Shown here piece by piece: positions 49,480-62,054 of a stretch of DNA of 64,000 bases. Under the pieces are notes generated by a model. That model was not told the DNA's origin. It saw only the letters and a program-made list of their open reading frames with translations, and did no database searches. Source of the stretch: Microbotryum violaceum (taxonomy: Eukaryota); assembly GCA_001244265.2 (NCBI GenBank), contig CDLV01000012.1, positions 806,001 to 870,000 of the forward strand, in the 5' to 3' direction. The position numbers and the translations under genes are program-made. Within the stretch, counting starts at the first letter, position 1, and every line of letters starts with the position of its first letter.

Positions 49480-52400
49480 TCATGGTTCGCTGCGTGTCGC
49501 ATCGGACGCGCCACCGAGCAGCGAGGATGTTTCGCTGTCGACGTGGATCTCATCCGCCGAGACTGTTTTTTGAAATGGGAAAAAAGGGTTGCAAGGAAGA
49601 TCAGCAATTCATCATCGTCAAAAACTTTGCCCGCCCAACACTGTGAACTCACCCAGGAAACTCGCCCTCCCCAAAACGACCACGCCCTCCCCCTGTCCTC
49701 GATCGTCCTTCTCGAGATTGACATTCTTCATACTCAACATCGCGACAAGCGCAGGGATGAGCGTCACCAACGCCAACCAATTCAACACCTTCTGCGTCTC
49801 GGTATAGGACTGTTGGATCGCGATCCTTTCTTGACTACCGACGGGGAAGGACATGGCGAAAGGGAGGGAGCCCATGATTTTGGAGATGAGGTCGGGTGTA
49901 GGGGAGGGAAGGGTTTGGTAAAGGTGGCGGGGGAGAAGGGTGGACCATATGGCGCCGGCTCCGGCTCCACCGACAGCACCGCCGATTTGGGTGATGGTCA
50001 AGAAAATGGCGGTGGCCATACCCACATCTGAACCGGTGAAGAGGGGTCAGAGTCAGTCGAAAGACAAATAACGCTGGACGCTGCGGTGCACAACTAACCT
50101 TGGTGGCCCACGACGGACTGAACACCAATCTGAGCGGCAATCGTGGTCCAGCCGCCGCCAGCTCCTCCGATAACCTGATAACGCAGCACACTCACCCAAA
50201 GTCAGTGCCATTGAACGACCGAGAATGACGGATCATTGTCGTGATCTTACCTGACTCAGGATCAACTCAAATGTCGAGGAATCCAGGTCCCTCGCACGCA
50301 TCATCAACCAAACACCAGCGGCATGCGCAATGACCCCAATGACGCCGGTAAACTTGTACCGGTTCGAAACCTTAGCCAACCAGCCCGCCAAGAGGGCGCT
50401 GACGCAAGCAGAGAAGATGTACGATTGGGCGATGTAGGATGCGGTCTTGGCGGAATGACCTCTTGCGACTCTGAGGGAGGATCGAGGGCTTAGTGGCCAG
50501 CTATGGGGTAATATACAGCGTCAACATAAGGGACGCACTGGAGGTAGGACGTGAAGAAGCTCTCGTATAAGAATTGACTGCACCGATCAGAGCAACTTCG
50601 TCAGCCCCGCCTCCCTGTGCATCCGATCAGTCTTCGAAAATTAAGCTTACCTAGTGAAGTGGAAGAAGCCCAAGACCGACCCCGCAACAATGGTCGTGTT
50701 TCTAAGCAGTCGTGGCGGTAAGAGAGGGATCGAGGCAATGCGAAATTCGTAGAAGCAGAAAAAGCCGAGGGTCACTAGACCAGCCGCGACGAGTAACCAG
50801 ATCTTGGCTGAAGGTGAACAAGGGGCAAGAGACGTCAGTCGAGCTCTGTTGAAAGAATAGTTAGGTAAGATGTTTCCGTGGCACCCACGATCGTTCCAGC
50901 TTTCCGGTCGCTGCGCCGCAAGCGTCAAGGGCAACAAAAAGAGCGTGCATCCGAGCGTCAAGGCCGTCAAGCCGACAACGTCCAGATTCTTCCACACCTC
51001 TGCGATCTTGCCCCACGCGCTCGTATCTCGCCGCTTCCGCCTGCTGTTGTTGAACTGGTCCAGAACACCCCGACTCAGCCGTCTCTTCGAGCTAGGGTTG
51101 ATCATCCTCCCCGCTTCGACTTCTCGCATCTTGTCCTTCCTCGTCCCAATACCCACACCAAGTGACATGGTCGAAGGCGACCGTCCAACGAGAGCCGCTT
51201 CTTCCTTGATCCGCCGCCATTCAAGCATCAGAGTGCAAAAGAGCACAGCCGAGACCAGGGGCAACAAAAGGCCGAAAGAAGCGTATGCGGCGCGGTAGCC
51301 CTTTTCGCCGAAGCTGAGGAAAACTTGGGCCAATGCGGGACCAATCCAGGTCGTGACGAGCCAAGGTAGTGAGATGGTCGAGGTGATCAGACCTCGATTC
51401 GAGAGTGTGGTCGTGTCTGCAGTGCGAGTGAGAGGGCGTCGAGGTCAGCATCCGGAAGGTAGTCAGCGCGGGAGACGCCCTTCACTAGCCGCGGATCGCA
51501 CTCACCCGCAACGATGATCTGCTGCGCAAGCTGTAGCCCTTGGCCACCTAGCGCGGAGAACGCTCGAGCGACGATGTACACCGTCGGTGAAGTCGCGGCG
51601 GCGGTCAAAAAGTAGCCGAGCGAGTAGATCGTTGCCGCGAGAGCAACGCCCTCTGCTCGGCCGAAAACGTCGAGAATTTTGGTCATAGGGGTGAGGCCGA
51701 CAGCGAATGCGATCTGTACGGACGGTACCACAAATCGAGATTAGTATCGAGCGACTAAGAGTCAACATCCACAAGTACTGACACTAGTGATGATGACGAC
51801 CGAGGAGAGCAGTGAATGCGAGCCGAGGAGCGACAAGAAGTAAGGCTCGATAGTCGGCGTAGTTTGACCCTCGAGACTTGTGAGGGTCGAAATGAGGTAG
51901 ACACTGCGGCATGCGGCATCGACGTCAGAAGATTCGAGTCAAGCCACGCCGGTGTAATACGCACTCACCCCGCATAGATCGTGAACAAGCCGCCGGTGCC
52001 GCGTGTGCGACCCATGAGTTCCATCTTGAGCGTGCCCCACTGTTTCGGCGGATCGTCACTCTCGCCTCGAAGCTTGGACCGCCGTACGCGCTCCGGTGTC
52101 CCATTCTCGCCCGCCGTCCAAATCAAGTCGTCGTCATCGTCATCATCGCGATGATTATTGTAACATTCGTCGTCTTCGCCGTCGGTGTCGTCGGCGGAGC
52201 GTCTCAACCCACTCGGCTTGCGCGGGATCGAGTCCGACCTCGTCCTCGGATGGGAGTTCGAGTCGGTATCGTTGTCGTCCGAAGCAATCGAATCGCCGTC
52301 CGAGTCGTGCATTCCATCGGTGCGATCATCAGGATGCAAGTAGGTTCCCGGATGCGAATCGTACCGTCTTCTTTCCCTGCCCTTGCCCTTACTGCGCCAG

Positions 52401-52834
52401 GAAGGGGAAACGTTCGGAGGACTGTTCGGAGCGCCGGCTCCTCCGTGGCCATGGCCGAGGTGCCGTTGGAGTGATGCCGCGGATTGATGATGTGACAACT
52501 TGCGGGTGAGGATCTCGTGCAACGCTTCCCGGGCGTCCTCACCGTAAGAGCTCGATCTATGCGCGTTGCTGCCACTGCCCGGCGGGAAGGAGCCGTAGCG
52601 GGTAGAAGGGGAGGCGGAGCCCGATGTCGAACCCGTCATGGACGACAGCGCACCTCCCAGCGGCGGCATCGGCGGCATCGGCGGCATCAGAGGCGACGAA
52701 GGGGACGCTGTGACAGGGAAAGGGGCGAGGGAGCGTACACTGGGTCTGTGCTCGCTTCGTAAGGTGGACGTCGCTCCTCGAGACGGTTCATAACCTCGTC
52801 GTTCCTCTTCGGCAGGGGCAGTGATCGAACCCAT
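49480..52834 (-). CDS. MFS transporter, siderophore-iron (ARN/Str/MirB-like) family
   Basis: KILDVFGRAEG, QQIIVA|DTT, LDVVGL, PLLPPRLL, TQIGGAVGGAGAGAIW, ERIAIQQSY and many TM helices. Last exon ends ...SETSSLLGG...SEP*. Confidence 0.85.
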
Positions 52835-53614
52835 CGCGGCGGACAAGCAGCGACGCTTTGGCCGGCGGCGATCGAACAGAGCAGGGGCCGAGTCGCAGGA
52901 ACGTCGCAAGTTTGGTAATTGAAAATGCGATTGGGATTCTGACGTACACACGAGCCTCAAGGGCTGCGATGGTGCGCCAAGGCCACGCTGTACGCCTGCT
53001 CAATGCCGGCGTCGACGATCCTCGATCTCCGTACTGAGTCTCACTCAAGCAATTGCCGTCCTGCTCGAACAATTGCTGGGCTGAGCCGAGCTTGGGCGGC
53101 GCTGAGAGATCCCGGATGACAGAGCGTTTCACCGGATCGACGAACCACGGCACTTGTCCTCTCGTTGAAAGGGAAGAAGGCTCACGTCGTAGAAGCCCAA
53201 AGTGTGAGTCGCGCTGTAAGGAGCGTCCGCGACGGTCAGGCTCCGACCCCGGCCCGGCCGCGTATTTGGCTCAACATGAGCGCCGGTGCCGCCTCGGCCC
53301 ACTCTCGGCAGTCTGAAAGCCCACCGACCCCCGGATTCCACTCCTTTCGATCGCCGACCTCGTAATTTCCCCGTCAGTGATCGATTGGAAATGGATCCGA
53401 GACCGTACAGCTTTTCTTCGCCTCACGTTTTTCCTGACAAGCTCGACTGGTTGCATAGATCTACACGGCGGCTAGGTATTGCGTGAGAGATTTTCCTCCT
53501 ATTTTTTTTCGCCGAGAGCTTCGGCACTTGGCTGTGCTTTGCTTGCCATTCGGTGGCGCCGCGGCTTTGTACGCTGTCGTTTCCCATCTCTCGCGCGACG
53601 TCACTTGCGAAACG

Positions 53615-54445
53615 ATGGACACCTTCTGGAAAAAGGCGAGTCCTTCACTCCACAACAGCTGCCGTGCCTACCTCATCGAGTCCACATGACTGACCCTTTT
53701 GTATCTCTGTCGCCCTACCGTCCCTGGCAGCCCGAGCTCAAGTTCGCAAGTCGACCGACACACGTGCCCTTCATGAAGCCAGCCTTCTGGCGACGATGAC
53801 AGCTAATGAAACCGCTCAATTACCAACATAGGATGCAGCTCTTATCCCACCTCTACTGTTCTTCGCCATCCCTGTGTTCATGATCTCGATCCGAGTCAGG
53901 AACTACCTCAAGGGATCGTCCGGCGCCAACACGTACGACCCCAAGACCGGATTGGGTAAAGGCGCCCCCGGATTCACTACAGCTGGGACAAGAAAGGTCG
54001 ATCCACATCAATATCCTGGAGTTTTACTATCTTGTCTTACTGACCCAGGTCTGACACTCTCCCCAACTCGTTGTGGGCACCGGCCTCTCCTCGTCGTCAT
54101 CACTGCGACCGCTTCGATCCTTGCCGCCTTCGCACCATGATGAACCTACATCGCTCATCGCCCCCCCCCCCCCCCCCTTACCCCACAAACCAGGTCGCCC
54201 TTCCCGCCCATCTCGTAGCCCGCATCAAATCAGGCGAAGACGTCTCGGCCGAAGAGGTGACCGAAGCCCTCGAACTCGAAGAAGAGCGTCTCCGTCGAAA
54301 GGCGCAGGATGCGCTCGAGGCTGAGCAGAGGGCCAAGAAGGGGATCAAGACGATGAAAGTGCCTGAGAGTGTTGATTCGAGTTGGTTGCCCCCGGGATCG
54401 ACGGTTGTGGGGGGATCCGGGGGTGCGAGGAGGAGGAAGAAGTAG
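53615..54445 (+). CDS. Small uncharacterised single-pass membrane protein, multi-exon
   Basis: Reconstruction: MDTFWKK|PELKF|DAALIPPLLFFAIPVFMISIR...YDPKTGLGKGAPGF...RK|VALPAHLVARIKSGEDVSAEE...WLP...RRRKK*. Confidence 0.55.
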
Positions 54446-54568
54446 AGGTTGTCCAGGGGGGGTCATGGAGAGTGCTTTTCGTTGGAAAGGGCTGTAGAGG
54501 TCCACATCAAGGTCAAAACAAGATGCATTTTTTTCATTGCGTCCAATTCATTTACAAGAGATCGCATG

Positions 54569-55293
54569 TCAACAGAGAGATGTAGGGGCGTCAGGTACTT
54601 CAAAAGCACTGATTAGCGTCGGACCACACCGACTCCGAGCAAGCATAACAACAAGCCGCTCAAGACACGGGGAGGGACCTGGGTCAATCCGGCCAAAGTG
54701 AAGAGGTGCATGCTCGCTTGGACGGCAAGGATGAGCTTGTCCAATTGCGTGAGCGGGCCGACGACCGAGGCAATTCGGAGGTAGTTGAGGCCTTTTCAAG
54801 TTCATTACGACCACTGAAGTCAGGGCTGAGGTTACAGGGTTGATGTGTTCCATGCACTTTCAACAGACTTACCGAAGACGGTGTACATGAAGGACCCTGC
54901 GCAAAGGTCACGCAGGAACGGGTCAGCGTGGTGACAAAATGTCGGCCATTCGACATTTGTGGGTCGCGACGACCGACGGGCTCCGAGTGGACCCACGACG
55001 ACACTCACCTTGGTACCATCCCTTGAGCGCCGTTCTCGCTTCCACGCTCAAGTGTTTAAGCTTGGGACCCAGTTCGTTCTGGCCCATGCTGTTCGTGCGT
55101 AAGATAGGCCCTCAGCATTCATTCATCCATGACTCTCAACGTCACCTCCGTCCGTGCATAAGTGGGGCGCATCGGATCGGCAAGTAAAAATGTGGGACCG
55201 GTGAACCTACACCGTGTGGCCAACTGCAGTGAGTAGCGAGATGATACCCGCGATTTGGAGAGGGCGTGAAACGAGAGGATTGTTGGTTGCCAT
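54569..55293 (-). CDS. Small hydrophobic fungal protein or gene remnant; 3' exon uncertain
   Basis: Short exons MATNNPL...LLTAVGHT, MGQNE...KGWYQ|GSFMYTVF flanked by GTGAGT/GTAAGT donors and CAG acceptors. Confidence 0.4.
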
Positions 55294-55532
55294 GATGATA
55301 GTTGTCTTGACTCGAGTCTTGTGGTGCAGGGGAGGAAGCGAACAGCAGCAACTTGTCAAGTTGTCACAGCTGCTCCTCCGGGCAACTCGTGAGCCGGACG
55401 GCCGGTTTGTCAGTTTCAGTTTCCAAGCCGAGCCGAGCAAATTTTGAAACATAAAGGGACCTGTTTCTCACGCCACCTTAGAAAATGGTACAAGAAGCTA
55501 CTAGGGAAAATTAAAAATCCGAGATACCCACT

Positions 55533-56958
55533 TCATCCCAATAGATTCAGCAAATTGTCCCCCTCGACCCCCATTCCATCGATCCCCTTGCCCAGATTGC
55601 TCGTCAAATTCTCCCATGTCGCCTTCTTTGCCCTCGCCAAAATTCTATCAACCATATCCTTGGAGGTTGGATCGTCTTCAGCGCCTTTCTCGACGGGCCA
55701 TGGTCCAAGCGCCTCGGTCTTTTTGGTCGTGTACTTGGCTTTCCTCTCAGCTAGGATATCTGCCACCGTGCTCGCCGTTTGCTCGATGCTCTCCTCTTCA
55801 TGAGAGGCGGCAACTCTCAGCTCATCTCGAATAGCCATTGTGATCGTCGCGTCATCCTTTCGCTTTTGTTCTTGCTTCTGAGCCTGCTTGTTGTGCGGGA
55901 CCAAGTGGACCGTGGGCAGTTGGCGAGGATGCAGGAATGTCTCCGAGGGGACGATGAAGAAGGCTTGCGCCTCGAGGAGCGACAACAGCACTCGATGAAG
56001 ATCCAACGAAGGTTGCAAGATTGATGAGGATGAGGGACCGTCTGAATTAGTACGCGAATCCAGAGCTGAAGCTAGTGTGTGTGGAAGGGTCAAGAGGTGC
56101 TCGAGAGTTGCTGTGGGGGCGGGGGACAAATTGTGGTTGGGGGGTCAGGTTCGGGCTTTCTCCTCCTCTGGATACAGAAATCATGACTCTGTGGAAACTG
56201 ACGTGGATCAATTTTGATGTACACTTGTTCCTGCGTGTCGGCCTGGGTTGAGAAGAAGGTGTAGATTGCGAAGAATGCTGCGACCTGTATCAAGGGCTCC
56301 GAGGTCGAGTCGGGCACCAGGCGTTCTGCAAAGGTTTCGCAACGATACGAGTCAGTGCCTTATTTGCGTTACCAACAATCGACATCTCAAGCTCTGATTG
56401 TGAACGGCACTGACCTAAGAAACCCCTGAGGATGCTCTCCCCCCAGGTCTGTCTCGCTCTCCCCTCCATTATGCCGAACAAATGGATCCTCGACCACCCT
56501 TTAGCGATCCAACACGACTTGAACACCTGGAAAGGACTTTGTTCGTCTCCTGTAGTCAGACCTCGATACGCCTCGACGAACGAGTCGAGCAGCTCGTCGA
56601 CGTCTAATCGCAACGACGAAATCCAGTCCGCCGAGAGGAAGTACAGGTGATGCTGCAACACGAATGTTGTCGCAGGCGTACTTTGGAGTGGTATTGTTGG
56701 AGTCGCAGCGACGACAGATGGAACGTCCTCTAAGGTCGAGGCGGCTCGCTGGGCACGTGACCTTGCCTCGTGTCCTGTGGGTGCTGCTGCTGCTGCTGCT
56801 GCTGCTGTTTGCTTTCGCCGAGGTGTGGCTTCGACCGGTAGTTCCGCCTGCTCCTCGGAAGACTCTGAGACTTCCCTTGTGCTTGGCCCGAGTTCACGTC
56901 CTCGACCGCAATTTCGCCCTCGGGGTCGGCCTCGCGCCCCACCCCTTTTCGGAGGCAT
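55533..56958 (-). CDS. SNAPC1/SNAP43-like snRNA-activating complex subunit
   Basis: LRLDVDELL...F, PFQVFKSCW...WSRIHL and QVAAFFAIYTFFSTQ...IKID resemble the SNAP43 N-terminal domain. Two GTCAGT introns restore the frame; N-terminal AT-hook-like RGRPRG. Confidence 0.6.
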
Positions 56959-57382
56959 GCTGCTCTGAGGGAGGGGTGCGGGGGGACAGAGGGAGAGCAC
57001 CGAGCACCGAGAGCAGCCCGAGCTCGCAGCGCAAGGCTTCTCCGAATTCTCGGGCGCGGCGATCCGAAGGGAAGATAGGGACATACGTGCTATAGAAGAA
57101 CCCCTGGCGGGTGGCCCTTAAGTAATTCGGTCAAAAATCTCAGACAAAGTTGCACAAAGTTGCACTCAGAATGTATCCGGTTCTGCAGCATCCCGTGCCC
57201 AGTCCAGGCGCTCTGCTGTCGAGAAAAAGTCACTCCAAGACCCGCTCAAGCCACAACTTGAAAAGACCTGCTACCGAGCTAAAGACGACTTTTTCTGGAT
57301 CCTCTTAATGCTATTCCGGACTGAAAATTCTTGCAGTTGACTCTCTTTGCCCCTCTGTTCTGCCCTCGACTCGTGGCAACTT

Positions 57383-57672
57383 ATAATAAGCTTGAGTAAA
57401 AACGGAGAGATGAAAACTTAATAAATATTACATTTATTTAGAGTTTATGTATACATTCTATGCTTATGTAAATAATAATGATTTTATTAATTCTGATTGT
57501 ATTAATCTCGAGATGAGCGCATTGTTTATTCTTAAACCTAAATTATCTAGACTTATTTCTATTAACGCTCCTAATACTAAAAACGTAATTGAAAGTACAG
57601 TTAAGGTAAATGAAAATGAAAATGAAAATAAAAATGAAATGGAAAAGGTAAATCTAAATCGAAGGTAAATGA
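57383..57672. other. AT-rich island ending in a degenerate (GAAAAT)n array
   Basis: Abrupt drop in GC relative to the flanks, with AAATGAAAATGAAAATGAAAATAAAAATGAAAT at about 57608-57640. Confidence 0.75.
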
Positions 57673-58314
57673 GTCATTTGCACTAATTCCTGCGATGACT
57701 GAACGCAGCTGTGACAATCCGATCGATGACATGTGGGGGTCCTCACGTCCTCAGCTTCAAGCACGAGCCTGGTCCGTCGCGATCACTCTCCGCGCGTTCG
57801 CGCTGCTGTAGCTCTGCGAATACGATGTATCTCCTCTCTTACTCTGTAAAATCAGCATGAAATATGCTTAGGAACGGGCTCTTGGACTGAATAGATGCCA
57901 CGAACCAGCACATGCTGTCTTTGGCCCCGGCGACTCCGAGAGGAGCAACTCGGCCGGAGTTAGCGATCGAGATCGTCATTTCGCTAGATATATCTGAACA
58001 GAAGTATAGGAGGAAATAGTGAGGAATGCCGTATCGTTGAGGATATTGTTACTGACTTTTGGAATATCCAACACTAGTCTACAAGCTCCTAGAAATGTCT
58101 TGAAGTCGGAGGGGCACTGAGGGAGTCTGGGGGGCATCGAGCCAAGTTAGGGGCTCGCCCTGATCTTCACGCGACTGCTCAACTCTACTCAATATTCAAC
58201 TTCCTGCACTTCTATAGCAACGGCCTAATGCCCTTCGAGCCTCAGGGCTTCCTCGCTGTTCTGCTTTCCCTCTTCATGACCTGTCACCCTTACTACACGA
58301 TCAAAGGGCCTTTT

Positions 58315-59443
58315 ATGGCTACGAGACGCTCGTTGCGTGCCGCGGCAGATGAGCTCGAAGAGGGCTCGGAGGAAACTCCTGCTTCGCCTCAGCCGCGTCT
58401 GGCAGTCACTGAGCTTGTTACGCCAACCCTATCTGTCAAAGATGACTACGACGAGGGGACCACAGTGTCGGTGCGGCATCTGACCGATCAGAAAGTGAGC
58501 CGGGTCGCAGCGCAAATTCTTTTCCCGCACGCTAATACCCTCTTGTGACTTTGCTTGCCTAAGATCATCTGCGATGCTGAATCGAGGCAAGATTCAGTTA
58601 TGCTCGCGATCGGGGTTGAGTTCGACTGCTCAGAGGTGAATCACATCGCTCATTGTGCGGTGGAAGTTTGACGAGCATTTTGCTGAGCCCGCCTCATGTG
58701 CTCCGTTCTCGCAGTGCTTTCCCAGCGGCCTCAGAAACGAAGCCTCTCGGCAGTCGGTGCCATGGGGCGATCCCGCCTCATCGGCTACTTCCGTACTTGC
58801 GGTCTTCCGCGCCTTGACCTCATCACCCGGATTGGCGGTGGACGAACTGCAACTGTTTGGTCTGCGCGCTGGAGCAAAACTGGCAAACAGACAACTTTGG
58901 CTCGCTCGTCGGCCGGTACCCCTATAACTCGAATAGGGTTAAAAGACTCGAATCGTTGCCAAAGTCGTCTCGGCAAAGTATGCGGCGTCGATTGCTCGCG
59001 AGTACTTTGTCCACACGCGCATCGTCCCTTACCTTTCGCCGGCTGCGCATGCGTTCTACGGCCTCTACTGTAGTGGATCCGATGGTTATGAGTATGTGTT
59101 TGTATTCGAGGACGTGGGGAAGGAGATTTCGGAGACAGAATGGGCATTGAATGCTGAGCTTCGTGACAAGGCGGAGTACGTTCGAGTGTGCGAATCAGGC
59201 TGGAAGGCCGAGCCTGGGAGGGAATGGCCGAACACAATCACTGACATTATGCCACTGTTGCTGTGCAGAGCGGCTTCCCAGCTGATTGCCGACGAGGGCG
59301 TTATTCATGACGACTTGTGCTCGCGCAACGTCGTTCGTCGGGCCGACGGCCGGATCTTTCTCGTGGATTGGGGTGAAGCCTTCAAGCCCAGCATGAGAAC
59401 TTCGCCCCCGACGAAGCAGATGGCGGTAATGATGAGTGAATAG
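58315..59443 (+). pseudogene. Atypical protein-kinase-like gene, probably degenerate
   Basis: AFYGLY...FEDVG and GVIHDDLCSRNVV...IFLVDWGEA (catalytic-loop and DFG-like motifs). I could not splice the upstream part cleanly. Confidence 0.5.
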
Positions 59444-59980
59444 GAGTGTATGTCCGCCTCGATGGACCCTCGGACATGCAATAAATTTGTTTTGCGTTCC
59501 CTATACTGTATATCACTGTCCCCTTTCAGACAGCATCTCTAGATCAACCCGCACTGGCTAGCCAAGCAGAGGGTCGGTACTCAGTCGGACAATGTGTCGT
59601 TCCATTGAAGGCCTTGAGGGTGGAACATGTGTACTTCTCGGTCGCTCTCCTTGCCATGCACTAGATCCCAGCCTTCCAGTATCCAAAGATCGCGCCTCGC
59701 TCTAGAGCGAGCCCGTGCCGTCCAGCGATAAATCCCCCACCCGCCATGCTGCTGTTCTCGACATCGAGCTCCCCGAAAAAATCTAAGGTATAAACCCTTG
59801 TTGGGAATATCGCTATTGCAAAAGCTTTTTTGGAACGATGATAAACAAACCGCTCTTTTCCTACCCGCAAGAGATCAACAACTTCCAAGCAATCACATCG
59901 CAAACGAAAGAAACCGAACACTACTGGCTGCAGTCCTTCGTCGTCTTCTCAGTGGATGGGATTTCCGAAGAACGAGCCGA

Positions 59981-61317
59981 TTACCAACCTGAACTGGCAC
60001 CAGCGCCGTTAGCGGCCGGTGCGGGCTCAGCAGCCCAGTCGGTCGTGGTCTCGGCACCCCAGTTCTCGGCATCCGTAGCGGCGGGGAGCGTCGAAGCGGC
60101 GGCAACGGTCGCGTTTGCGCCCTCGACCTCCCAGTCGGCCGTAGGTTGCTCCTGAGCGGGAGCGGCCTCGGTTTCGGCAGCGGCCTTGATCGCCTCTTGG
60201 TCGCGCTCGACTTCATCGGGGTCGCGGTACTAAGAGGGTGAGGGATGGAGGAAACGGTACCGTCAGTCTTCGAGCGCCAACCTGGGAGCACAGCGAGGAC
60301 AGAACCCACCAAGAAGAGATCGACCATAACGGGCCACGCGCTGGGGGCACGCGAGATGGTGCCTCGGATGCGGAGAACCTCACGGGCGAGCATCCACCAG
60401 ATGAGACCGATCGAGTTCTTGGACTTGTTGTTGGTCGGGATCGCGACGTCGACGAACGAGAGGGGCGAGTCGGTGTCACAGAGGGCGATGACGGGAATGT
60501 TGACGTACGAAGCCTCACGGATGGCCTGGTGGTCGACGCGAGGATCGGTGACGACGATCAAACGGGGTTCCTTGAACGAGCGAGTGATGTAGTTGGTGCT
60601 GTCGACAGTGATTCAAAGGTCAGCGCGGTTGGCACGTCGCTGTCTTCCGGCTCCCTCCCGCGCCCAACTCACAAGTTACCGGGGGTGAAGCGACCGGCGA
60701 TGGCCTGGGCACCGGTGTTGGCGGCGAACTTGAGGACAGCGCGGTGACCGTAAGGGCGAGCCGAGATGACGCAGATATCGTTGGGATTTTCGATGGCGGC
60801 GATGACTGACGAGGATGCAAAATAATCAGCGACCTGAAGACGCGGCCCTTTCTCCCTGGGACTCACTTCGGGCAGCGAAGACGAGCTTCTCCCAGGTCTT
60901 GCCGACGTTAATGACGTTGATGCCCTGCGAGACAAATAACATAGCACGGATGAGTCGCCTGAATCGCCATGCAGCTCCTGTCTCGGGGCGTCCCACAAGA
61001 AAGTCTTCGCCGGCTCCGAAATTCTTTTCCGATACCTACATCAGCACGACGCTTCCAGACGTAGGGAGCCATCTTCTTCTCGACGCTCTTGGCACTGTTG
61101 AATAGAGCGAGGGTGGAGGTCAGTCTCATGAAGAACACGCTCCGGGTCTGTGGCTCGCGAGGCCGTGAACGGCCTCGCGGCGCACTCCAGCCTGAAGTAG
61201 GGCAAGCGAAATGATCTGGGGAAAAACTTACCCGATGTGGGCCTGAGCGGTCAAAAGGAGAGAGATATCCTCCTCGGTGACTTGCAAAGCAGCGGGCAAT
61301 CGGGATGCGGGAGCCAT
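59981..61317 (-). CDS. RPS0: 40S ribosomal protein S0 (uS2/RPSA)
   Basis: [85 protein letters not shown], and an acidic DW-repeat tail. Confidence 0.97.
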
Positions 61318-61646
61318 CTGTACGATTTGTGGAGACGGAGACGGGACAGGCGCGCGAAGGCGACGACGCAGGGGGAGGCGTAGGGAAGGGGTAGCGGAGC
61401 AGCGGAGGTTGGTCAGTTCGGTCCAAGCGGTGCAATGCTTGTTGTATTTCGTCGAGTATCTCGCTTGAACGGCCCTTTGTTGCCTCTGTACAATGGCGTA
61501 CACCGGTTGTCGGGACATACACCACCGCACCCGTCGTCGCATCCCGCTCCATTCCTTGCCTGCCTGCGATCATGCGCCGCCCCTTCGCGCAGTTCGGCCC
61601 CGTTACCATTCACCCGCCAGCCGTCGCGCATGCATCCGTAGCTGTT

Positions 61647-61705
61647 CACGTCCACGTCCACGTCCACATCCACGTCCACGTCCACGTCCACGTCCACGTC
61701 CACGT
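61647..61705 (+). repeat. (CACGTC)n hexamer microsatellite, ~9-10 units, one CACATC variant
   Basis: Directly visible. It lies inside the inferred RPS0 5'-UTR intron. Confidence 0.95.
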
Positions 61706-62054
61706 TCTCCTCCAGTTGAAATGCGTCGTACTGTTGAAGGATATGTCTGGGACTCACATTTAGGAATGAGGAGCGGATGCAAGTCGACAACTGCCTGGGA
61801 CCGTGCCCTGTCGCCCTCAGCGCCCGCGCCGCGCCGAGTTTCGTTTTCAAAATTTACCGGTGGCCCAAAAACAGGCGCGGCGCACGGACCCCCTGCACCA
61901 GAGCGTGCGCCTAGTTCCTCCAGAATTGGCACCACGTCAGATTGCGCGATAGCTTTACGCACATTTGCTCCCAGTACAATCACCGCAGGAAAAGCGCGAG
62001 AAATTCAACAAATAAATCTCGTTCCAAGACGTCAAGCTTCTGCGAACAGGTAGT

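Noticed and set aside
57447-57668. 73-aa Asn-rich ORF
   Set aside because: Its composition reflects the AT-rich island and GAAAAT repeats, unlike host codon usage.
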